The notes under the pieces: model-generated | What the model was told of the DNA's origin: nothing | Databases searched by the model: none | Seen by the model: the letters and a program-made list of their open reading frames with translations, nothing else | Shown here: piece by piece, positions 57,016-64,000 of the stretch | How the letters are laid out: each line of letters begins with the position of its first letter | Position numbering within the stretch: position 1 is the first letter of the stretch | Translations under genes and position numbers: made by a program | DNA from: an uncultured virus (IMG/VR IMGVR_UViG_3300043438_001628) | Taxonomy: Duplodnaviria; Heunggongvirae; Uroviricota; Caudoviricetes | Virus record (IMG/VR): IMGVR_UViG_3300043438_001628 | Reading direction: 5' to 3' (one strand) | DNA: 64,000 bases

Positions 57016-58076
57016 TTTCGAGCGTCGTAATGTTTGTTGATGATTTTGAATGATCCTGCTGGGAATTCCTTTTCTACTTCCCCGCTGAATCCTTCATTTT
57101 CGATCTTAATCTTCTTCACATATCCACCGTGATTAATTACAACGCCTTCAAATGGTAAGCTGTCAATCTTCGAAATTCCAGAAGAATATTTCTGAATTAG
57201 CTCAGGAGTAAGAACAACATCATGTTCCACGATAGGGACATGTGGTAGTAGCATTTCTCGTGCTACATCATAGAAATAGAATCGATCTCTCTTTCGAGCA
57301 TATCGTCGTTCACTGATGAGATAAACACTAAAGATTGCAAGACCAGCAGGTTTAGAGCTGTGAGGATTATGCTCACCACGCTGGATACCATTACCATAGG
57401 ATTCACCACGAATGCAAAGTGAGACATTGTGCTTCTTACAATATTCTTTAAGCTTTTCTTCGATACCGTAACGCTCAATTTGAGCAGTATAGTTGTTAGT
57501 GCAATCAAGCTTGTATTCCATGGTCCGACCAAGAACACCAAATTCATCGGTGTCAACCTTATAATAAGCGCTCCAGCTTTGACCATCAAGCTTTAGAGTA
57601 ACATCTACAACTTCTCCATATGGAAGTTCGTCTTCCATGTTCTCCCATCGCTCCTCATCAGTCTTAGGAATACCGAAAGGAAGAAGACCTTTAGCACTAA
57701 GATCCTGTGGCACAGGAGGCTCATAATGCTTGATGCCAAGAAGTTCAGAAACATCCAAGCCAATGTTATTGCCATTGATGATACTGGTATCAATAACGCC
57801 TTCTAGAAGATCAGAACGAACAATGATTCCTTCACTCCAACGCCCACGGAGCTTTACTGCCTTGATACGCTTTGGACTATACTTACGATAGTCTTCAGCC
57901 CACGGTTCTTCTGGAAGGATACTGTCAGGTTGAATGTAAACAACGATGTCTCCTTCTTTGTAAAGACCGCGCTGAGTGACACACTGATAACCTAGAACAG
58001 TGATTAAATCCAGACGATCTGCTTCTGGATGGAAGCAGGCACTTTTAATCTTTTCAATTGTAGCAATTTTGTTCAT
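57012..58076 (-). CDS. RNA ligase, DRB0094 family
   Basis: HPEADRL, IPKTDEER, KLDG, GE.YG, EGVV, SFKII. Confidence 0.88.
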   Translation of the reverse strand: MNKIATIEKIKSACFHPEADRLDLITVLGYQCVTQRGLYKEGDIVVYIQPDSILPEEPWAEDYRKYSPKRIKAVKLRGRWSEGIIVRSDLLEGVIDTSIINGNNIGLDVSELLGIKHYEPPVPQDLSAKGLLPFGIPKTDEERWENMEDELPYGEVVDVTLKLDGQSWSAYYKVDTDEFGVLGRTMEYKLDCTNNYTAQIERYGIEEKLKEYCKKHNVSLCIRGESYGNGIQRGEHNPHSSKPAGLAIFSVYLISERRYARKRDRFYFYDVAREMLLPHVPIVEHDVVLTPELIQKYSSGISKIDSLPFEGVVINHGGYVKKIKIENEGFSGEVEKEFPAGSFKIINKHYDARK

Positions 58077-58083
58077 ATAATTA

Positions 58084-58542
58084 TTATATCAGAGTTCTTT
58101 TAAAATAGTCAAGCCATTCTTCTTTATCTGTAAAGAAAGGAATACCGAATCGTTCACACACAATACGGACATTTCCTTGCCTCCAAAAACCGTCTGGACA
58201 GCAAACAATAAGTTTTCCTTGCCGAACGAACAATCCAAGTTCAAGCAATGAAATCGAACTTTTAGTGTTTGGATCGAAATACATTAGAATGATGTCAGAT
58301 TCTTGTAAGAAGTCAAGCTCCCAATTCACCTGTTCATTAAATTCTGGAGAATTGTGAATCCAAGAAGAATCCCAATCATCACGACGAGGATTATAAAACA
58401 CAACATTCTTGTTGAATCGCTTTACAACTTGCTCTTGCCAAGGTTCAGCAGATCCCATTTCAATGCTTCCTGCTAGGAATACCCTGTTGAAAGCTCTGTT
58501 AGGTAAAGAGCGTTCAGGTGGTTTAATCTCAATACTTTTCAT
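58084..58542 (-). CDS. Nucleoside 2-deoxyribosyltransferase-like protein
   Basis: VFLAGSI, NPRR, QVNWE, SLLELG. Confidence 0.85.
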   Translation of the reverse strand: MKSIEIKPPERSLPNRAFNRVFLAGSIEMGSAEPWQEQVVKRFNKNVVFYNPRRDDWDSSWIHNSPEFNEQVNWELDFLQESDIILMYFDPNTKSSISLLELGLFVRQGKLIVCCPDGFWRQGNVRIVCERFGIPFFTDKEEWLDYFKRTLI

Positions 58543-59486
58543 ACACTAAAATCAAACATGGTGAAATTATCGTAACCATAATCAGGATGCTTTCGGCTGT
58601 TGGTGGTGTAATACCAATCAAAGTAATTAACCATCTTTTCAATACCCTTTTGACAATCAGCATGAGCAGTAAACAGCATCAGTGATCCACAATTCTTACT
58701 CTTAAGAACTTCACCGAGACCAATGAATGTGCCACCCATGCTTAGAATGTCATCAAAAATGATAGTTGGAAATCCGTCGAGGTCATCATCTTGTACGAAG
58801 AAATCTTTAAGAGAACCGTCTCGAACATCACGAATCTTTTCACAGCGAACAAGGTTAAAATGCATTTCGCTGAATGTTTTAGCTAGGTGAGAAACGATCT
58901 TGAGTGTACGCTTACCAGCTCCAGCGTCAGGACACACGATATTAAACGCTTTGTGTAAAGGTTCTCTACAAATAATATCATTGATCACCATTTCAGCGTA
59001 TGCCAGCTCATCAATCACAACAACATTGTTGAGGAGTGCTGGAGTGACTTCGCTGTGTGGCGTGAAGATATAAACAGCTTCAAAACCACATCCATTGATC
59101 ATATCGGTGTAAACCTTGAGAGTCAAAGGTTCGCCAGTGTTACAAACACGATCCTGTCGTGCTGCTGGGAAGTATGGAAGAACCAGTTCAATATGTTTGA
59201 ATCCAAGACGACGAGCAGCATCAACGGCAAGAACAACATCAAAAACATCAGAAATAATGTCAGCTCGTTGAGTGATGACTAGACGCTTATCCGAAACCAT
59301 TGGAAAATCAGGAATATCAGAAGTGTCAATCTGGATGTGCCTCTCTCCTCCAAGGAAAGTATGAGCTTTGTGCTTTAGGAAAAAGAGAGGTCGGTCGTCT
59401 GTATATGGATTGAAGTTTTTATCAAGATTCAAAACAAAAGTTTGATCTGTATTGACCTTCCAGTGTAGGTGTAGGTGTTGTTTCAT
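58539..59486 (-). CDS. prs: Ribose-phosphate pyrophosphokinase-like (Adps-like) protein
   Basis: PYFPAARQDR, PHS, PDAGA, DDILSMGGTF. Confidence 0.9.
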   Translation of the reverse strand: MKQHLHLHWKVNTDQTFVLNLDKNFNPYTDDRPLFFLKHKAHTFLGGERHIQIDTSDIPDFPMVSDKRLVITQRADIISDVFDVVLAVDAARRLGFKHIELVLPYFPAARQDRVCNTGEPLTLKVYTDMINGCGFEAVYIFTPHSEVTPALLNNVVVIDELAYAEMVINDIICREPLHKAFNIVCPDAGAGKRTLKIVSHLAKTFSEMHFNLVRCEKIRDVRDGSLKDFFVQDDDLDGFPTIIFDDILSMGGTFIGLGEVLKSKNCGSLMLFTAHADCQKGIEKMVNYFDWYYTTNSRKHPDYGYDNFTMFDFSV

Positions 59487-59508
59487 AATTTAATTTTATC
59501 TGAGTTCC

Positions 59509-59832
59509 TTACTTCTTGATCTTGAGCTTTGATACATCAATACCAAGTTTGTTGGCAATCTCATCCATAGTCAAGACAATCTCATCAGCTGTCCGCTTCT
59601 TGAATTCTTTTTCAGAAAAGCAAACACCATTCAAATACCAAGCCTTAAAACCATCAGAGAATTCAACAGCAGGACCATCTTCACGATGTCTCACCCCATT
59701 CAAATACCAAAATTTAGTACCCTTAAATCCTTCATAAGCTGGACCATCTTCACGATGAATGATCTTCATCTCTTTGTCTTTATAGTACATTTTACTACCG
59801 TATGAATTGATTTCAATGTATTGTGGAGTCAT
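59509..59832 (-). CDS. HREDGPA-repeat protein E (2 repeats)
   Basis: Family paralog. Confidence 0.85.
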   Translation of the reverse strand: MTPQYIEINSYGSKMYYKDKEMKIIHREDGPAYEGFKGTKFWYLNGVRHREDGPAVEFSDGFKAWYLNGVCFSEKEFKKRTADEIVLTMDEIANKLGIDVSKLKIKK

Positions 59833-59863
59833 GTTTGTATTGTAGTTTAACGTTTTATTAAAG

Positions 59864-59976
59864 TGAGCGGGGTAGGATTTGAACCTACATTCATACTATG
59901 CCGATGCTTCGATATGCCTATCTACAACAAAGGAGAATCGACTGCCGTCGTGTGTTTACCGTTTCACCACCCGCTC
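59864..59976 (-). ncRNA. Leu-like tRNA body with expanded anticodon domain
   Basis: Acceptor gagcggg/cccgctc plus A; D arm gtgaaacggtaaacac; T arm gtagg-ttcaaat-cctac; central insert of about 60 nt. Confidence 0.65.
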
Positions 59977-60161
59977 TGTGATTATTATATCAGTGTTCCA
60001 TTACTCTTCTTCATCTCCATGAAACTCTTTAAGAGCTTCACTATACCAATCCCAATTGTCAACGCCAGCGTTTTCTAGACATTGAAGCATTCTTGAATCT
60101 TCGAGAAGATCGTTATATTCCTTTTTTGTAATTGTTACTGTTTCTTCCATATTATAATTGT

Positions 60162-61667
60162 TTAGAAGTTCTTAGCTACTCGTTCACGAATTTCGGATAG
60201 TGTCCAATCCTTAGTGATCTTGCCATCAGAAAAGACCACTTGAAGTTCACCACCCTCTTCTTCTTCACGGGTGCATTGATCTTTCAATACATATTCACCG
60301 TCGATTAGATCAACTCTAAGCAGACCCCTAGCAGATTTTTTCATTCCAGTATCGGTTTTAGGATCTTTATAAAGATCATACCCCTTTCCCTCAACTTGCG
60401 CCCAAGTTGCCTTTTGTGCAATTCCCAATGAATCTCTAGTTGCATAATTCATGCTATAGGAACCGACCCCGAACACTATATTAGAAGACGCGAATCCCTT
60501 TTGCTTTAAACCTTCCAAAATTCCATGTATGATCGGCTGAGTACAACTATCGCCATAGATCAACCCAACTCGTTCGTGAAGAACTTTATATCCTTTTTCT
60601 GAAATAGTTCCTCCGAAAACATCCCAAAGACATTCAATCGCACCTTTGTATTCTGGAGAATCTTTTGGAGCGTCTGGATCGCCACATACAATTTTAATTG
60701 GATCACCGGAATCTGGTCGGAATACAACCTTCGCCATTCCTAGTTCATTGATTGGTCTGTTTAAAATATCTTCTTTTAGTTCGACTACGAATTCGGTTAC
60801 AATTTTGAAAAAGTCATAAGTGTCTGAAACCAGACTCACAATTCCACTTGGATAATCAATAGTGATCGCCTTTCTAAAAAACTCCAATTCGCTAGTGAGA
60901 GCTGTTTCTAATGATGTAACAGCATGTTCTGATGCTGGTACCGATGCTGCGATAAATTCTTTTTCTGCATCAGCATTATAATACTCTTCTAAGAAATCGA
61001 TGGCAGATACGGTATCAGTTCCGTAAGAACTGAGTAGAAGACCAGCTCCAGAGATTTTAGCATCATGTCTACCACTCATTCCACGAAACTCAAATCCGTG
61101 CAGTTGAAACATTGTATGATCTCTACTTCCCACCGTTTCATCTGCATAGATATTGATCAACTGTTTAAATGATTTGACCAAAGTTGCAGTGAAACACGGT
61201 TTCCACAAATCACAAGACAGCACCGTTTCAAGATAATTTGTTAGCCACGCATAATCATTATGGGTATTTACAATGGTCAAAAACGGAACCCTCATTGGAA
61301 CCGATGCTCCTTCGGGAAGTGCTTTAATTTTAATTGGTAAATATCCTAGATCATGTAGATTTTCAAATTTTTCCATTGATACACTTCCCTTTCCTAAGAA
61401 GGTGTCAACTCGGCGTTTGAATTTTTTAATCACTTCATCTTTTGGCTTTTGGAAGAATTCTTTGTTCCATTCATCAATTAGGTAATCCTTGATAAAATAT
61501 TGCAATCCGAAAAAAACAGCATTACCATCAAAAAATGAAGGGCTTAAGGGCATATACTTACTCGTTCTTGGTGTCAGATTTGAATAAATCTTTTCCGTTC
61601 GTTTATCCATAAATCCAGCATGGGATAGTTTATAGGCATCTGCATTTGTCAGTGGGTATGTTGTCAT
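60162..61667 (-). CDS. nadV: Nicotinamide phosphoribosyltransferase-like (Namat-like) protein
   Basis: DAYKLSH, YLET, SVPASEH, VSDTYD, RPDSGDP, IYGDS, KDPKTD..KKSARG. Confidence 0.92.
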   Translation of the reverse strand: MTTYPLTNADAYKLSHAGFMDKRTEKIYSNLTPRTSKYMPLSPSFFDGNAVFFGLQYFIKDYLIDEWNKEFFQKPKDEVIKKFKRRVDTFLGKGSVSMEKFENLHDLGYLPIKIKALPEGASVPMRVPFLTIVNTHNDYAWLTNYLETVLSCDLWKPCFTATLVKSFKQLINIYADETVGSRDHTMFQLHGFEFRGMSGRHDAKISGAGLLLSSYGTDTVSAIDFLEEYYNADAEKEFIAASVPASEHAVTSLETALTSELEFFRKAITIDYPSGIVSLVSDTYDFFKIVTEFVVELKEDILNRPINELGMAKVVFRPDSGDPIKIVCGDPDAPKDSPEYKGAIECLWDVFGGTISEKGYKVLHERVGLIYGDSCTQPIIHGILEGLKQKGFASSNIVFGVGSYSMNYATRDSLGIAQKATWAQVEGKGYDLYKDPKTDTGMKKSARGLLRVDLIDGEYVLKDQCTREEEEGGELQVVFSDGKITKDWTLSEIRERVAKNF

Positions 61668-61717
61668 ATATTTTATTTTTTGTTTGTTTTATTTACGGGT
61701 AGATACTAAATAATAAA

Positions 61718-62527
61718 ATGAAATACTCAAAAGAAGAGGAAATATTTATTATTGAGAATTATCCAAAGTTTGGAGCGACTTATTGTAGTTCCGTATTGAT
61801 CGGAAGAGATGTCGATGCAATTGGAACAAAAGCTAGAAGAATGGGGTTGAGACATGATAGTAAATTCAGACATCCATCGTTGTGTAAGAATTTTAATTTT
61901 GCTATTACCCAATCCCCTACTAAAGAGTTTGCATATTTATTAGGATTTTTGTGGGCGGATGGATATATATTAAAAAAAGTTGATAAAAAAGGGTTTAATC
62001 ATCATAGAATAGTTTGCGAAATTGTCTCTGAAGATTTTGAAATGATATGGGGCTATTTTGATAATTTTTCTAAATGGTCTATTAGTAAAAGAAAAAGAAG
62101 AGATAATTGGAAAGAAACAACCACAGGGACTATTAATAATAAATATTTCTATGAGTTTTTAGAGTCATTGGGATTTAAAGATAAAAATCTAGGATTTGAT
62201 AAAGTCTTTTTATACTTAAATCAACACCGATTAACAGATTATTTTATATGTGGACTTTTTGATGGTGATGGGCATACAGACTTTAAAAGATTAATCGAAC
62301 TATCTTCTAGAATATCCCAAAATTGGGAGTCGCTAGAAAATATTTTCAAGACCAATTGCATATCATATGGAATATACACTTATGAGCATCCGACAAAAAA
62401 ACATTCAGCATCGATCATAAAAATTCAAAATAAAAAAGGATTCGATTGGTTTTGTGGAAAATTTTTAAAGAACGACATTGGGCTTATGAGAAAACGTCCA
62501 CTTCAGTTTAAAGTACCATGTGTCTAA
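61718..62527 (+). CDS. LAGLIDADG homing endonuclease
   Basis: YLLGFLWADG and FICGLFDGDG. Confidence 0.88.
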   Translation: MKYSKEEEIFIIENYPKFGATYCSSVLIGRDVDAIGTKARRMGLRHDSKFRHPSLCKNFNFAITQSPTKEFAYLLGFLWADGYILKKVDKKGFNHHRIVCEIVSEDFEMIWGYFDNFSKWSISKRKRRDNWKETTTGTINNKYFYEFLESLGFKDKNLGFDKVFLYLNQHRLTDYFICGLFDGDGHTDFKRLIELSSRISQNWESLENIFKTNCISYGIYTYEHPTKKHSASIIKIQNKKGFDWFCGKFLKNDIGLMRKRPLQFKVPCV

Positions 62528-62563
62528 TGTATTCTAACGTTTTATTAATTTTATCAGAGTTCC

Positions 62564-62887
62564 TTACTTTTTAATCTTGAGCTTGGAGACATCAATTCCA
62601 AGCTTATCAGCAATCTCATCAAGAGTCAAGACAATTTCTTTAGCAGTCCGCTTCTTGAATTCTTCTTCGGTGTATTCCAAGCCATTCAAATACCAAGCTT
62701 TAGCGCCAGATTTCCATTCAACAGCAGGTCCATCATCACGGTGAAGTTTTCCATTCAACCACCAAGCTTTAGTACCACTATCATATTCAATGGCAGGCCC
62801 ATCTTCACGATGAAGAATAGTCATCGCTTTATCTTTGAAATAATACTTAGTTCCAAATTTGTTGGTTAGAATGTGTTGAGGAGTCAT
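62564..62887 (-). CDS. HREDGPA-repeat protein F (2 repeats)
   Basis: Family paralog. Confidence 0.85.
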   Translation of the reverse strand: MTPQHILTNKFGTKYYFKDKAMTILHREDGPAIEYDSGTKAWWLNGKLHRDDGPAVEWKSGAKAWYLNGLEYTEEEFKKRTAKEIVLTLDEIADKLGIDVSKLKIKK

Positions 62888-62912
62888 GGTTGTAGTTTAG
62901 TCTAACGTTTTA

Positions 62913-63392
62913 TTAGTAAGAAAGCACATAAGCTCTCATTTCTCGTGGCAAAGGCTCAGTTGCTCCTTTAGGCAAATCACCAATATTAGTATACTTGTAG
63001 TTAAGTTTAGACATCGCTGCATTATACTCAGCCGCCAAACTATTATAACTAGCTACAACACCAGCTACCTCTTGTTCCCAAATATTGAATTGTTCCTTGT
63101 CTGGACGATCCCAATCAATACGAGCTACACCTTCATAATCCCGCTTAATCATAACCAAGCGAGACTTGTAAACTTCAATATCAGCAAGCTTCTTATCACA
63201 CTGTGCTGCTACATTCTTAAACCATTCATACCTCTTCAGAAGTAGAGCGGGATCAACTTGCTGTTCTGCTACAGCAGAGACCTTTCCGAGATAGGAGCAT
63301 CCCTTAGAAACAATAGAGAAGAAGAGAAGTCCAATAATAAAAGCAAGGATACAAGCGATGTATTTAATAATATTCATTTTAGTTTTGTTCAA
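62913..63392 (-). CDS. Membrane-anchored hypothetical protein
   Basis: N-terminal transmembrane helix, coiled coil. Confidence 0.7.
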   Translation of the reverse strand: MNKTKMNIIKYIACILAFIIGLLFFSIVSKGCSYLGKVSAVAEQQVDPALLLKRYEWFKNVAAQCDKKLADIEVYKSRLVMIKRDYEGVARIDWDRPDKEQFNIWEQEVAGVVASYNSLAAEYNAAMSKLNYKYTNIGDLPKGATEPLPREMRAYVLSY

Positions 63393-63930
63393 GGTTAATG
63401 GTGATATTCTTTACAGGCATTGGTTGATCTGCTACATGGATGATTTGACCACCTGTGAAGAAGTGACTGTGGTAAATTCCCTTGCTGTCAAACCAGTAGA
63501 TATATTCACATGAAGAACCATAAGTGCCATCGTCTTGTAGGACTTCGGAGGTCTTCTTTGTATAACCACCAATATCAACGCTCATACCAGTATGCATTGA
63601 TCCAATATGCTGACCCTCAATTGCCGCTACAGTTGTAGGAGTAAGACGCTTACCAGATGATGTAACCTTGCCACGAACGGTGGAATACATAATCACCTGA
63701 CCGCTGTATGGACTGATTACATATAGATGCTTGATAGCACCAACAATATTATCTCGTTCCAAACGCTCAGCGATATTTTTTTGTTCAACAGTCCAACCAT
63801 TGGCATCAGTAGCAACTTCAACGGTTTGCTTTGTTACTGTTCCACCAGCGGAAACAGGAGCGACATTTTCTTCAAGGCACGATGTCATCAATAGAGCTGA
63901 CACTACAGTCATTAGCATTTTTGTTTTCAT
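63379..63930 (-). CDS. Lipoprotein
   Basis: Lipobox MTSC; GKVTSSGKRLTP, DGTYGSS. Confidence 0.75.
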   Translation of the reverse strand: MKTKMLMTVVSALLMTSCLEENVAPVSAGGTVTKQTVEVATDANGWTVEQKNIAERLERDNIVGAIKHLYVISPYSGQVIMYSTVRGKVTSSGKRLTPTTVAAIEGQHIGSMHTGMSVDIGGYTKKTSEVLQDDGTYGSSCEYIYWFDSKGIYHSHFFTGGQIIHVADQPMPVKNITINLEQN

Positions 63931-63965
63931 TGTATTATTTTGTTTAGTAATTTTATCAGTGTTCC

Positions 63966-64000
63966 TTACTTAGCGATCTTGAGCTTGCTCACATCAATTC
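63966..64000 (-). CDS. 3' end of HREDGPA-family protein G (partial)
   Basis: IDVSKLKIAK* followed by the family 3' flank. Confidence 0.75.
   Translation of the reverse strand, partial: IDVSKLKIAK

Larger units (their letters stand above)
22459..62914 (-). promoter_or_regulatory. Dispersed promoter AATAAAACGTTA-N3-TAnnnT-N6-ATG (about 30 copies)
   Basis: + strand taacgttttat at 22459, 22718, 23276, 23824, 25683, 26656, 27247, 27533, 30140, 33113, 33494, 35274, 35982, 38131, 40688, 41614, 42046, 42757, 43732, 44855, 44934, 47065, 48013, 52799, 53555, 54847, 59848, 62535, 62903 and others. Confidence 0.88.
34721..63965 (-). promoter_or_regulatory. Second promoter class RGAACWCWRA-TAWAAT-N6-ATG
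   Basis: Copies near 34721, 37203, 50551, 51035, 58083, 59493, 59984, 62548, 63950, plus a variant at 3181 on +. Confidence 0.75.

Noticed and set aside
29801..64000. Diversity-generating retroelement explaining the HREDGPA paralogs
   Set aside because: No reverse transcriptase in the window, and differences are not obviously limited to adenines

Overview
64 kb of a large, AT-rich, T4-like/jumbo dsDNA phage. Two host-like secreted proteins tentatively point to a PVC/Verrucomicrobia host. There are four blocks. (1) 1-6.9 kb: a + strand tRNA array interleaved with about a dozen non-tRNA structured RNAs or tRNA mimics and two homing endonucleases. (2) 6.9-19.7 kb: late genes, mostly each with its own TTAAATA promoter; these include RlpA, ThyX, a spanin/holin/endolysin cassette and proteins with T4-internal-protein-like N-termini. 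(3) 19.7-27.8 kb: a more GC-rich segment bounded by repeat or low-complexity DNA, possibly terminal or pre-early. (4) 27.8-64 kb: a minus-strand accessory region with a C5 methylase, SprT proteins, TilS with twin CAU tRNAs, RIIA/RIIB, UvsE, RNA-repair enzymes, a macro domain, a 2H phosphoesterase and a NARP1-like Prs/NAMPT pair. The most unusual signals are non-coding. About 40 copies of an AATAAAACGTTA box form leaderless promoters. A 7-copy HREDGPA-repeat gene usually carries a second promoter class right after its stop codon. A covarying pseudoknot follows six stop codons. Endonucleases sit next to half-tRNAs and replacement tRNAs. All calls and counts were made by eye; no database search was run.
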